A DNA stretch of 64,000 bases from Macrostomum hystrix (GCA_950097015.1 CATNEN010000038.1:26536001-26600000), one strand, 5' to 3'. Positions 22,113 through 35,064 are shown, counted from the first letter of the stretch. The notes: a model not told the origin generated them from the sequence alone. Made by a program: numbers and translations.

Positions 22113-23000
22113 GACAGCGAACTGGCACTGATCTACTCATCGAAAGAGGGCTATCTAATGAGCCCAACACGGCCAATACTCGCAGCGCCTCGTTGACCGA
22201 ATCGACCATGTGGCTGGGCTGCCAGAATGGCCTTTTGTTTGTCCATTCTGCTGTGAACAATTGGAGGCGTTGTTTGCAGTGTCTGCAGTTGAAAGATGCC
22301 ATTGTGGCCGTATGTCACCTGCGCGGCAGGGTCTTTCTAGGCCTGGCCAATGGCTCCCTGTTGGTGTTCTGCCGGCAGCAGCCTGTGCCCGATCCCACCG
22401 CTGCCATCAGCTCGGAGCAGCAGCGCTGGGATTTGTCGCGCTACTTCGAACTGGCGGTCAGTGACTCGTCGGCGCCAGTCCGGGCGATGGCAGCCACAGC
22501 TGGCGGCGCCGCATTGTGGATCGGCGTCCAGAACACCGTCAAGGTGGTGGATCCGCGCACTCTGAGAGTGGCCGCCAGCTTCGACGCGCATCCCAGAGCT
22601 GACAGCACAGTCCGCCTGCTCTGCGCCATCGGCGAAGGCGTCTGGATTGGCTTCCGTCTGGACACTGTTCTGCGCCTGTTCCACGCGCACAGCCACGCCC
22701 TGCTCCAGGAGATCGACGTCGAGCCCTACATCAGCCAGGTTTTGGGCACCTCGCGTCTCGGCTTCTCGCTGGTTCGCCTAACCTCCCTGTTTGCCGCTTG
22801 CGGCCGGCTTTGGATTGGCACTAGCAATGGGATCATTGTCACGGTGCCGTTTGTCTCACCTGGCTCGTCAGGTGCCGACGGTGGCGGTGGTGGAGACGGT
22901 CACAGCTTCAATAGTCTGCTACCGCACGTGAGCATGGATCTGGCCCAATTATCCTTTCACGGCCACAAGGACGCGGTGAAATTCTTTCTGGCTGTACCAG
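21548..23000 (+). CDS. JIP3/4 large exon (C-terminal WD40-like beta-propeller)
   Basis: VWCAAAV, TMWLGCQNG, FDAHPR, RLWIGTSNG, AQLSFHGHKDAVKFFLAVP; CAG| acceptor and |GTAAGA donor. Confidence 0.95.
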
Positions 23001-23091
23001 GTAAGAATGCCATTTTACCTACCCGATGAATATAGGTTCCATCAAAAGCGGCCTTGAAGAGGGGTTTCAAAAGCCTGGGGTTTACTACCTA

Positions 23092-24998
23092 ACCGCTTCT
23101 CTGATGACTCAAACGCTTGTATGATGACTCAAACGCTTGTATGATGACTTAAACGCTTCTCTAATGACTCAAACGCTTCTCTAATGACTCAAACGCTTCT
23201 CTAATGACTCAAACGTTTCTATGATGACTCAAACGCTTCTATGATGACTCAAACGCTTCTATGCTGACTCAAACGCTTCTCTAATGACTCAAACGTTTCT
23301 ATGATGACTCAAACGCTTCTATGATGACTCAAACGTTTCTATGCTGACTCAAATGTTTCATGATGACTCAAACGCTTCCATGATGACTAAAACGCTTGTA
23401 TGATGACTCAAACGCTTCTCTAATCACTCAAACGCTTCTATGATGACTCAAACGCTTCTATGATGACTCAAACGTTTCTATGATGACTCAAACGCTTCTA
23501 TGCTGACTCAAACGCTTCTCTAATGACTCAAACGCTTCTATGATGACTCAAACGCTTCTATGATGACTTAAACGCTTCTATGATGACTCAAATGTTTCTA
23601 TGATGACTCAAACGCTTCTATGATGACTCAAACGCTTCTATGATGACTCAAACGCTTCTATGATGACTCAAACGTTAATTTAACGACTTAAACGCTTTTC
23701 TAATGACTCAAACGCTTCTCTAATGACTCAAACGCTTCTCTAATGACTCAAACGCCTCTCTAATGACTCAAACGCTTCTCTAATGACTCAAACGCTTCTC
23801 TAATGACTCAAACGCTTCTCTAATGACTCAAACGCCTCTCTAATGACTCAAACGCTTCTCTAATGACTCAAACGCTTCTCTAATGACTCAAACGCTTCTC
23901 TAATGACTCAAACGCTTCTCTAATGACTCAAACGCTTCTCTAATGACTCAAACGCCTCTCTAATGACTCAAACGCTTCTCTAATGACTCAAACGCTTCTC
24001 TAATGACTCAAACGCTTCCTAATGACTCAAACGCTTACTAATGACTCAAACGCTTCCTAATGAATCAAACGCTTCTATGATGACTCAAACATTTCTATGA
24101 TGCCTCAAATGCTTCTCTAATGACTCAAACGCTTCTCTAATGACTCAAACGTTTCTATGATGACTCAAACGCTTCTATGATGACTCAAACGTTTCTATGC
24201 TGACTCAAACGCTTCTATGATGACTCAAACGCTTCTATGATGACTTAAACGCTTCTATGATGACTCAAACGCTTCTATGATTACTCAAATGCTTCTCTAA
24301 TGACTCAAACGCTTCTCTAATGACTCAAACGTTTCTATGATGACTCAAACGCTTCTATGATGACTCAAACGTTTCTATGCTGACTCAAATGTTTCATGAT
24401 GACTCAAACGCTTCCATGATGACTAAAACGCTTGTATGATGACTCAAACGCTTCTCTAATGACTCAAACGCTTCTATGATGACTCAAACGCTTCTATGCT
24501 GACTCAAACGCTTCTCTAATGACTCAAACGCTTCTATGATGACTCAAACGCTTCTATGATGACTCAAACGCTTCTATGATGACTCAAACGCTTCTATGAT
24601 GACTCAAACGCTTCTATGATGACTCAAACGTTAATTTAACGACTTAAACGCTTTTCTAATGACTCAAACGCTTCTCTAATGACTCAAACGCTTCCTAATG
24701 AATCAAACGCTTCTTTGATGACTCAAAAGTTTCTATGATGACTCAAACGCCTCTCTAATGACTCAAACGCTTCTCTAATGACTCAAACGCCTCTCTAATG
24801 ACTCAAACGCTTCTCTAATGACTCAAACGCTTCTCTAATGACTCAAACGCCTCTCTAATGACTCAAACGCCTCTCTAATGACTCAAACGCTTCTCTAATG
24901 ACTCAAACGCTTCTCTAATGACTCAAACGCCTCTCTAATGACTCAAACGCCTCTCTAATGACTCAAACGCCTCTCTAATGACTCAAACGCTTCTCTAG
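23092..24998. repeat. 20-bp satellite ATGACTCAAACGCTTCTCTA, about 95 copies
   Basis: Tandem units, most carrying TGACTCA. Confidence 0.95.
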
Positions 24999-25102
24999 CG
25001 ACTCGGGAGGCACAGGTGTGTCGCTAATTTTAATCACTTTATAGCTACTATTGAACAGCCGATGTAATCTTTGAAGTTGATTTGTTTTTTATTTATTTTC
25101 AG

Positions 25103-25141
25103 CTACAGACAATAGTATATCTGACGACGGTGACAAGTCAG
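25103..25141 (+). CDS. JIP3/4 39-nt symmetric microexon (probable)
   Basis: Long T tract + CAG| (A)TDNSISDDGDKS |GTTTGT; phase 1-1, so skippable in frame. Confidence 0.55.
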
Positions 25142-25299
25142 GTTTGTAAAGTTGTTAAAGCAATCAAAATATTCTATTTTTTATCGTCATTTTTTATTGA
25201 TTGAATTTCTTCTATCTAGATTCTGAACCAAATCCAATATCTAGTTAAAGATTCCATTATCATTGCAACTATAAGATTAAGATTTTGAGGACCGATTGA

Positions 25300-25842
25300 A
25301 GGACCAGTACAGTAGGTTTAGAGATTGTTAGGACCGATTGTAGAACCAGTTCATTGAGATAGAGATTGTTAGGACCAATTAAAGGACCAACACATTGGGA
25401 TAGAGATTGTTAGGACCAATTAAAGGACCAACACATTGGGATAGAGATTGTTAGGACCAATTAAAGTACCAACACATTGGGATAGAGATTGTTAGGACCA
25501 ATTAAAGGACCAACACATTGGGATAGAGATTGTTAGGACCAATTAAAGGACCAACACATTGGGATAGAGATTGTTAGGACCAATTAAAGGACCAACACAT
25601 TGGGATAGAGATTGTTAGGACCAATTAAAGGACCAACACATTGGGATAGAGATTGTTAGGACCAATTATAGGACCAACACATTGGGATAGAGATTGTTAG
25701 GACCAATTAAAGGACCAACACATTGGGATAGAGATTGTTAGGACCAATTAAAGGACCAACACATTGGGATAGAGATTGTTAGGACCAATTAAAGGACCAA
25801 CACATTGGGATAGAGATTGTTAGGACCAATTAAAGGACCAGT
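25300..25842. repeat. 41-bp minisatellite, about 12 copies
   Basis: GGGATAGAGATTGTTAGGACCAATTAAAGGACCAACACATT. Confidence 0.9.
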
Positions 25843-26163
25843 AACTTCAAATGAGATTTTGAAATCGATTTGGTGTCAAACTTTTTAAGTAAATCAAGCT
25901 CACATTTAAGATGCCGAAAATGTGCAGTTTAAATTTTCTGCAATAAAGTCAATGAGACTCAATTTTTAATGAAGTCCTTAGTAAATGAGCTGTGATTTTC
26001 TCTGTCGATTTTCGCAAGTTAGGCTTTTTTCGCAGATAAAATCTGACTTCAAAAAAAATTAAGAATCATGCCTTTTTCTGATTGTGAAAAAACACCTGCA
26101 AAAACGAATTTTATTTTCTACACACTGATTTAGCATTTAGCAAAGCTTACCAAACCTTGCCAG

Positions 26164-26265
26164 GGAAACGCGAGGCCCCACCAGTTGGGAAGATTATCCG
26201 CGACCGGGATCTGCGCACCGTCCTATTGATTAGCGGCGGCGAAGGTTACATCGACTTTAGAGTTG
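26164..26265 (+). CDS. JIP3/4 penultimate exon
   Basis: VLLISGGEGYIDFRV conserved motif; donor G|GTGAGT. Confidence 0.92.
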
Positions 26266-26364
26266 GTGAGTGCACCTTCTTTTGAAGGGGAAATGGGGAT
26301 TAAAATTTTCTTGAAGTTTTATTAACGAAGGTGATAATTCACCAGTGGATGCTAGTTGAGGTCA

Positions 26365-27115
26365 GGATAATTACCTGTTCGGCAATTAACTGTGAGGATA
26401 ATTACCAGTGCGGTAATTAACTGTGAGGATAATTAACTGTGAGGATAATTACCTGTTCGGCAATTAACTGTGAGGATAATTACCTGTGCGGTAATTAACT
26501 GAGAGGATAATTAACTGAGAGGATAATTAACTGTGAGGATAATTAACTGTGAGGACAATTAACTGTGAGGATAATTAACTGTGAGGATAATTAACTGTAA
26601 AGATAATTAACTGAGAGGATAATTAACTGTGAGGATAATTAACTGAGAGGATAATTAACTGTGAGGATAATTAACTGAGAGGATAGTTAACTGTGAGGAT
26701 AATTAACTGAGAGGATAATTAACTGTGAGGATAATTAACTGAGAGGATAATTAACTGTGAGGATAATTGCCGTTGCGGTAATTAACTGTGAGGATAATTA
26801 ACTGAGAGGATAATTAACTGTGAGGATAATTAACTGTGAGGACAATTAACTGTGAGGACAATTAACTGTGAGGACAATTAACTGTGAGGATAATTAACTG
26901 TGAGGACAATTAACTGTGAGGACAATTAACTGTGAGGATAATTAACTGTGAGGATAATTAACTGAGAGGATAATTAACTGTGAGGATAATTAACTGTGAG
27001 GATAATTAACTGAGAGGATAATTAACTGTGAGGATAATTAACTGAGAGGATAATTAACTGTAAAGATAATTAAAAGTGAGGATAATTAACTGTGAGGATA
27101 ATTAACTGTGAGGAC
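26365..27115. repeat. 16-bp minisatellite GAGGATAATTAACTGT
   Basis: Tandem units. Confidence 0.9.
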
Positions 27116-27440
27116 TATTTCCGGAACGGATAATTGGCTTAAGAAAATTTACCTGCAGATAATTACAAATGAAAAACCAACAGTTAAGAAAATTTTTAAT
27201 TGGGATATTATTACCTTATTTGTGATTTTGTGATAATAATCACCCTGTGATAAATAACATCACTATAGTAATTACCTGGAGGATATTTACTTTGTACTTT
27301 GAGAATAATTATCTTGAAGATAATTAGGTAGCGGTCAGGTAACTTTCGGAGCATAGCGACCCTGAGAATAAATGCCGATAAGAATAAATACCGCTGATCA
27401 CGCAACACGCAACCCTAGAAGATACGCTCTCCTATTTCAG

Positions 27441-27568
27441 GCGATACCGAAGATCCATCCGAGCAGGACCGTACCGCCGCCGCCGCCGCCGCCGCTGGCA
27501 CCGCCAACTCCCTCCTACCCAAGCCTGAAAGATCCCATCTGATTGTGTGGCAGGTGTCTGACCAGTGA
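27441..27568 (+). CDS. JIP3/4 last coding exon
   Basis: TTTCAG| ...ERSHLIVWQVSDQ TGA; conserved JIP3/4 C-terminus. Confidence 0.92.
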
Positions 27569-27694
27569 TTTAGTTTTGTTTGCTTACCGATAAGAAGGCC
27601 GTGTTTTTGTTCATTTTTCTTTTAGTAAGTTTTTTATAGATGGCCCGCAGTAGATCTTATTTTAGTCTTAGATACATTGCGCTTGCCTTGCCAG

Positions 27695-27700
27695 AATAAA
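27695..27700 (+). promoter_or_regulatory. Candidate polyadenylation signal of the JIP gene
   Basis: AATAAA about 125 nt after the stop, followed by T/GT-rich sequence; further AATAAA near 28941-28980. Confidence 0.45.
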
Positions 27701-27904
27701 AATATGTTTGCCTGTTTTTATTCTAGGTATTGTTATTCTGCTTTTGCTTGTGAATCACAGAATTGTAACTTCGGCGTGTTTGTTTAGGGTGGATTGCTAA
27801 TCTAGCTGGCTGCCTAATGGTTTAAAGCCATTGTTCTGTTCAAGCATCTACTAATTAATCGTTACTAAGTGCTTAATTTCGTATTATTTACAAACTATGC
27901 ACCT

Positions 27905-28480
27905 ATCTTGTACAGCCTTTTCCTATTCCTGTACATCCTTTCCCTATTCCTGTACAGCCTTTCCCTATTCCTGTACAGCATTTTCCTATTCCTGTACAGC
28001 CTTTCCCTATTCCTGTACAGCATTTTCCTATTCCTGTACAGCCTTTCCCTATTCCTGTACAGCCTTTCCCTATTCCTGTACAGCCTTTCCATATTCCTGT
28101 ACAGCCTTTAACCTATTACTGTATAGCCTTTTCCTCATCCTGTACAGCCTTTTCCCAATACTGTCAGTTACATCCTTTTCCCGAGCCTGCATAGCCCTTC
28201 CAATATCCTGTACAGCTCTTTCTCTATCCTGTACAGCTCTTCGTCAATCCAGTATAGCCATTTCCCTATCCTGTACAGCCCCTCACCTATCCTGTGCAGG
28301 CTTTCCCCTATCCTGTACAGACTATACCCCATCCTGTACTGACTTTCCTCCATCCTTTACAAGCCAATCCCCTATCCTGTACAGTTTTTCCCCAATCCTG
28401 TACAGTTTTTCCCCAATCCTGTACAGTTTTTCCCAAATCCTGTACTGCCTTTTGCCTATCCTGTACAGCCTTTCCCCATC
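27905..28480. repeat. 21-bp minisatellite CCTGTACAGCCTTTCCCTATT (degenerate)
   Basis: Tandem units. Confidence 0.85.
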
Positions 28481-29074
28481 ATCCTATTCCACCATTCTGG
28501 AATAGCCAAAGACTCACCCTTATACAACATCTTAATTATTATTTATCACTTTTTTAGCATAGGTTAATATCGTGTATACACTGTATAGATTAGCAATCCA
28601 TGCTTATTGTGCGTCTACAATTGCCAGCGCTTTTGCCCTAGTGTCTGTATTTTTACTTTTTTCTATATTTATTCGGGATTTACTCTGAATTGCATCTCAT
28701 CTGATTGCACTTTAAGAAGTTCATTGTTTTTATTTAACTTTGAATTTTTCGGGTGCATCCTGACTTGGCTTAATAAGCGTGCGAATCAAAATGCTGCTGA
28801 AAAAACCCTACATATTACATAATTAAGTATAATTTTGCCTGATTCAGACCCATTGTACTTGTGATTCTGTATGATTTATTTTATTTTATATTTTGCTTAC
28901 GTCGAAGCTGAATCTATAGCCAGTATTTGTCAGTGTGTTAAATAAAGTTTAAGTTATTGTTTGATTTAATCTTTAATAAACATTTTCTTTTCAAAATTTT
29001 CTGCCATTGCGTATCGATAAAATATTTTTATAAGCATTTTTGACATTGTTTTTTACGAAATCTAATTAAAAACA

Positions 29075-29225
29075 CCACCTCACTCCCACTCCTAACCCTT
29101 CCTGTGCACCCACCTCACTCCTACTTCTAACCCTTCCTGCGCAACCATCTCACTCCCTCTCCTAACCCTTCCTGCGCATCCACCTCACTCCTACTTCTAA
29201 CCCAGCCTGCACACCCACCTCACTA
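29075..29225. repeat. C-rich repeat of about 35 bp (CTAACCCTTCCTGCGCACCCACCTCACTCC)
   Basis: About 4 units; larger array at 29990-30740. Confidence 0.8.
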
Positions 29226-29754
29226 GCTATCATTAAGTTTCTAAACATCATTTTGTTTAGAAAGCATTCTCTAATTAGATTTATTAAACTAAAACAATAT
29301 AAACACTGAAAATAAGCTAATTTCGACAGTATAATTCGGTGCAGTCAAAGCTGCATATATTCATGCGCTTTACGCTGACAGCCAAAAAGTTTCTCAGCTG
29401 TGCTCAGGCCGGAAATGAATTATTTAGCTAGACTGCTCCACTATTTTCAATTTTAAGCACGCATGAAATATCGTTGCTGTGCAATTTATGTCGTGCTCAC
29501 AAGGATTTGACATTGTCAGTCGGTACTTGGCTTCAAATCTGTGATTTAATTTCCAACAGAATTGCTCACCATTATCGCTTCCTTCCGAGGAAGTGTTGCT
29601 TGTCTTGGAAACGTGCGAGTAATTAATTACTTTGCAATCTGGTGCCACACCACACGCTATACAATGCAACTCTAACGCTTTGTTTTATCAATCGGTAAAT
29701 TTGGTTAAATATTTTGGATTCGTCTAATTCTGGACATAATGATGTTTCAAACTC

Positions 29755-29925
29755 GTGTGTAGACACGCACACAGATACCGTATGTAGGCGCCCACTCAAA
29801 CCGGTATGTATACTTTCTCATCGTCAGGCAATGTACACTACAATTTCACAAACTCAAGCCACTGCGAAATCGAACTCGGGGAACTTGGTACGAGAGGCGA
29901 ATTCGTTACACCGCTCTGCCACTCA
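29755..29925 (-). mobile_element. tRNA-derived SINE family B, internally deleted
   Basis: Minus strand GTGGCAGAGCGG...GAGTTCGATT...GTGTACATTGCCTGACGATGAGAAAG. Confidence 0.65.
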
Positions 29926-29989
29926 CCACCACATTTCTGATTTGGCTTAAGCTAGTGCATGGCTCACCGATTTTCTAATTTTTTGACCC

Positions 29990-30740
29990 CATTCCCACTC
30001 CTAACCCTTACAGCGCACCCACCTCACTCCCACATTCTCGCTAACCCTTCCTGTTCAGCCACCTCAATCCCACTCCTAACCCTTCCTGTGCACCCGCCTC
30101 ACTCCACTCCTAACCCTTCCTGCTCAGGCACCTCACTCCTCCTTCTAACCCTTCCAGCGCACCCACCTCACTCCCAGTCCTAACCCTTCCTGCGCACCCA
30201 CCTTACTCCCTCACTGACTCTAACCCTTCCTGCTCAGCCACCTCACTCCTCCCTCTAACCCTTCCAGCGCACCCACCTCACTCCCAGTCCTAACCCTTCC
30301 TGCGCACCCACCTTACTCCCTCACTCACTCTAACCCTTCCTGTTCAGCCACCTTAATCCCACTCCTAACCCTTCCTGCACACCCGCCTCACTCCCACATT
30401 CTCGCTAACCCTTCCTGTTCAGCCACCTCAATCCCAATCCTAACCCTTCCAGCTCAGCCACCTGCACTCCCTCACTCACTCTAACCCTTCCTGCTCAGCC
30501 ACCTCACTCCTTCTAACCCTTCCTGCGCACCCACCTCACTCCCAGTCCTAACCCTTCCTGCGCACCCACCTTACTCCCTCACTCACTCTAACCCTTACTG
30601 TTCAGCCACCTCACTCCCACTCCTAACCCTTAATGAGCACCCACCTCACTCCCACTCCTAACCCTTAATGAGCACCCACCCCACTCCCACTCCTAACCCT
30701 TAATGAGCACCCACCTCTCTTACACTCCTACTCCTAGCGC
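29990..30740. repeat. C-rich minisatellite of about 33-40 bp with CTAACCC core
   Basis: Tandem degenerate units. Confidence 0.85.
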
Positions 30741-31598
30741 ATGATGTTCAGTTTTTTTATTGTTCTAAATGCATTATTTATCGATTTTCTATTTGATCAA
30801 ATGTATGATTTGTCCAATGCTTCTAGTGGTAAACAAATGCTAAAATCGGGGAATTGTATTGTATATTTTACCTTAGATTAGGACTTAATCGCTTTTGTTC
30901 AGGAGAGCTCAGAAAATGTGTGGCTGTCGGTAGATTTTTGACAGCAGATTAATGGTCTAATCCGCTGAGCAGCTGACAAAACATTCAGGGATTTTACTAA
31001 ATTTTCTGACGATAACCTTGAGCTATAGAAATTAGTTTTCTGATTGAGAAGTGCAGAGAAATTTGGCGTACACTAGCCAAACTCGGTCGAATTCTCTGTC
31101 CTTGGGAGCAAAATTTCATTTCAAGTTTATTCATCACTTGTTGTTTTCAAATCTCCCTGATCAATGCCGTCAGTTTGGCAAGTCCATAATTTTCAGATGT
31201 CATACGGTATGGGTTGTCAATTAAAGATTAACTGTAAATTAACTCTAAATTATACATCTCTTCAAATAAAAAATTCTATAAATTGCGTGTTCCGTAATAT
31301 TTAAAACACGTTTTGTTTAAATAAATTTGAAAAAAAAGTATATTTACATGGCATATTAACAAAACAGACAGGAACCTACTGAAAAAGACAGCTAAAACTA
31401 TATTGGGATCCGTAAATAAATACGTTTGCTATAGTAACAATGAATAATTCAATAAACAATAGCAAACGTTTAGAATTCATTGTCACAACGTTTAAATAAT
31501 ATAATAGCTATAATTAGCGCGCTAGCTCTCAAAGACACTAAGTGTAACAACAATGGATTTAAGCTCGCGCATACATCAGAAAAATGTGGGAAAATATA

Positions 31599-32367
31599 CG
31601 AGGGGTGTTGCAAAAGTTTCCGGACTAATGCTTATCCTGGTGACAATTCGTGTTTGATTTGGCTGAAAATTGATGTCTATGGTATTCAGCCGTAGAAAAG
31701 ACTTTTCCTAAAATGTTATGCAGCTTAGTCAACCACAGCATACATGAGGGCCAAAATAGGTTGCAACCCTTGGAAGCTGTTGACACGATTTTTCACAAAC
31801 CAAAAGTGAGCGAAAATGAGTCGACCGAAGAATCCATCGGAGTTCGGGTCTAAGGAAAGCTAGCGCTGCACTTTATCATGGCATGCCAACGACAGGGCAA
31901 AACTGCCGATTTCCGATTTCCACCTCTTTGGCCCAATCAAGATGCCAATGCGGGGCGAGATCTTCACAACGCGCCAGGAGGTCATCGAAGCAGCCAACAA
32001 GTCTCTACGTCAGTTCGATGCCAGCTTCTGGGAGTCTGGCTTCGACAAGCTGATTGAGCGCTTCCGAAAATGCATCTCCGTAAATGGCAAATACGTGGAG
32101 CGAGCCAGCAATCAACCTGTGGACGCATCCGGCGATAGAAGCGACAGTGACAGTGATTGGTAGCTGTAACTCGGAAATCGTATTTGATGACTATAATAAT
32201 CTAGTGTACAATCGCTTGTTACTTTGGACCATCAACTCCAAACTTTCTGAAACTTAATAATAATATAAAATACAGTTGCCTGTTCGTATTTTTAATTTTT
32301 TTGCTGAATCAGACTAAAATTATCACCATGACGAGCATTAGTCCGGAAACTTTTGCAACACCCCTCG
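31599..32367 (+). mobile_element. Internally deleted mariner (non-autonomous)
   Basis: Perfect 34-bp TIRs CGAGGGGTGTTGCAAAAGTTTCCGGACTAATGCT, flanked by TA; transposase C-terminus SDFHLFGPIK...KLIERFRKCISVNGKYVE at about 31907-32100. Confidence 0.9.
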
Positions 32368-32759
32368 TAAATTTGTGCTAAAAAATAATTAATTAAGGGT
32401 TCTTTCGACAAATCACCGCGGAAAAAAAGTAGAACAGCTGTTTTGTCAATCCAAGAGACTTACAATGAGATTGCTCTCGTGTCTCATGTCTCATCTACAC
32501 TTGGCGAGGAAAAATAGCAGCTATACTCAATGAGTCAGTCAGTCGTTCTTCAAAAAAAGTAAAAAAATAACAGTATTCATATAAAGAAATGAATACAAGT
32601 CTAAACAAACACATTATGTTTAAGTGACACGACATGGACTTGCCCTGATAGAAGTCCAAGTCTCGTTACCCCCCCCCCCCAACCAGCTCCTAGGTAACTA
32701 GCTGATCACACTCGGCGCGCCGAAATTTCCATGCCTGGAATGAGAATGGAGGTCACAAT

Positions 32760-32942
32760 TTGTCGCGCTATTGTGCGGCGCATTGGAAGGCTGCGTACGG
32801 CTGTTCAGTCCATGGACTGGGGAGGGGACGCCACACCCACCCTTAATTCCCTCGAGGGCACACATTTTTACATTGGAGTCAAGAATCGAACCCCCGACCT
32901 TCGAGTCGTGAGTCCGATTTTCTAACCAAATGGTTCCGACCC
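32760..32942 (-). mobile_element. SINE family A copy lacking most of the CORE segment
   Basis: Shares TCGGACTCACGAC..GGGGGTTCGATT head and GGTGTGGCGTCCCC..CAGTCCATGGACTGAACAGC body with the 20860 copy. Confidence 0.7.
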
Positions 32943-32978
32943 CTTTCCTGTAGGAAGCCGTCTCATGAACATGACTAT

Positions 32979-33061
32979 CTAATCGCAAGTCTTACCGTAA
33001 ATAGGTGTAAACATCTTATCGAATGCGTTCCGTTCCAGTCTTCTAGTAGAGTTTGTAGAAA

Positions 33062-33110
<49 letters not shown>

Positions 33111-33421
33111 ATTGCTGTTCGAAAAGCTTCGACTCGAAGCGGAAGCAGAAGCGGACGCCACTACGGCGGCGGCTGCGGCGATGGCCGACGCGGTGGCCAT
33201 TGTATGCTCAGCAGCAACTGCAGGATGGGCCTGTCGCAGCAGCTGCTGCATTGGTATCATCTGGTAGTGGCACGCCGCCCTCTGCTGCTGCTGGCGCTGG
33301 TGGAATTGCAGAGGATTGTACAACTGCTGCTGCTGCTGCCTTTGACGCCGCCGCCGGCGCCACTTCAAAAGGCACGGACAGCGTTTGCCGATGAGTCTGC
33401 TGCAGTGCTTGCTGAACATGC
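32979..33421 (-). CDS. GPCR exon 6 (helix 8, polyQ/polyA tail; total about 570 aa)
   Basis: CGCAG| GMFSKHCSRL...; phases consistent; a possible donor G|GTAAGA just before the stop could add a further exon. Confidence 0.75.
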
Positions 33422-33484
33422 CTGCGCGACAAAATGATTGAGTTCGACTCAATTCGTATAGCAGACTCTATAGCAGACCAAGAG

Positions 33485-34158
33485 GTAGTGGAGTGACAGG
33501 AGAGGCTGTGGAGTGACAGGAGAAGCTGTGGAGTGACAGGAGAGGCTGTGGAGTGACAGGAGAAGCTGTGGAGTGACAGGAGAGGCTTGGAGCGACAGGA
33601 GAGGCTGTGGAGTGACAGGAGAAGCTGTGGAGTGACAGGAGAGGCTGTGGAGCGACAGGAGAGGCTGTGGAGCGACAGGAGAGGCTGTGGAGTGACAGGA
33701 GAAGCTGTGGAGTGACAGGAGAAGCTGTGGAGTGACAGGAGAAGCTGTGGAGTGACAGGAGAGGCTGTGGAGCGACAGGAGAGGCTGTGGAGTGACAGGA
33801 GAGGCTGTGGAGTGACAGGAGAAGCTGTGGAGTGACAGGAGAGGCTTGGAGCGACAGGAGAGGCTGTGGAGTGACAGGAGAGGCTGTGGAGTGACAGGAG
33901 AAGCTGTGGAGTGACAGGAGAGGCTGTGGAGCGACAGGAGAGGCTGTGGAGCGACAGGAGAGGCTGTGGAGTGACAGGAGAAGCTGTGGAGTGACAGGAG
34001 AAGCTGTGGAGTGACAGGAGAGGCTGTGGAGCGACAGGAGAGGCTGTGGAGTGACAGGAGAGGCTGTGGAGTGACAGGAGAGGCTGTGGAGTGTGACAGG
34101 AGAGGCTGTGGAGTGACAGGTGAGGCAGTGGAGTGACAAGAAAGGCAGTGGAGTGACA
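33485..34158. repeat. 20-bp minisatellite GTGGAGTGACAGGAGAGGCT
   Basis: Tandem units. Confidence 0.92.
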
Positions 34159-34189
34159 TTGAAGTCAGTCTTTGTGCTGTATCTATCTG

Positions 34190-34585
34190 TTTCTGAAGCC
34201 GTTACTAATTTAAACACACTCAATGTATCTATGAGTTTCTGAAGCCGTTACTAATTAAACACACTGCATGTGTCTATGAGTTTCTGAAGCCGTTACTAAT
34301 TAAACACACTGCATGTGTCTATGAGTTTCTGAAGCCGTTACTAATTAAACACACTGCATGTGTCTATGAGTTTCTGAAGCCGTTACTAATTAAACACACT
34401 GCATGTGTCTATGAGTTTCTGAAGCCGTTACTAATTAAACACACTGCATGTATCTATGAGTTTCTGAAGCCGTTACTAATTAAACACACTGCATGTATCT
34501 ATGAGTTTCTGAAGCCGTTACTAATTTAAACACACTGCATGTATCTATGAGTTTCTGAAGCCGTTAGTAATTTAAACACACTGCT
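34190..34585. repeat. 45-bp minisatellite, about 9 copies
   Basis: TTTCTGAAGCCGTTACTAATTAAACACACTGCATGTGTCTATGAG. Confidence 0.9.
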
Positions 34586-34910
34586 TTCAAATTTCAAATC
34601 TGTTAATCTCGCGACCTTCTGTCAGTCTTTCACTGTGAAACCGGTTCCCCAGCTAATTAATATTCTTTGCTCTATTTGCTCTTCGCAAGGAAACGGATAT
34701 TTTTCTGAATCCATATTTGTTCTTAATGACATAGAGCTCTGACTTGCCTGAACATTATCGAGTAATAGCAGGTAGTATTCGGAAATACAACTAATAATTA
34801 TTAGCAAAACATGAGCAATACTAAATAATAATATGCGTATCTAAGAGTTACTTGCTGAAAAGGAAAAGTGCAGCAATGTCAGCCTGCTGATACAATTAGA
34901 CAGTTCTTAC

Positions 34911-34990
34911 CGTAAATAATGGGATTTAGGCACGAGTTGAAGAAGGCGCACGACAGTCCAACGTAGACTAGGTCTGTGCCTTTGTCAGTT
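34911..34990 (-). CDS. GPCR exon 5 (TM7)
   Basis: TTTCAG| ...AFFNSCLNPIIY(G) |GTAAGA; NPxxY motif. Confidence 0.9.
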
Positions 34991-35064
34991 CTGAAATATT
35001 GCACGTAATCAAGGCCTGATATTGGATGTCACTTATCAGGTGGCTATTTTTAAACTGCCATATC

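Noticed and set aside
24999-25015. Possible microexon TAG|...CAG|GTGTGT at the satellite end
   Set aside because: 17 nt would shift the frame and has no support
32990-33005. 14-nt match TATTTACGGTAAGA between the GPCR tail and the TM7 exon end
   Set aside because: Too short and partly splice consensus; cannot support exon duplication
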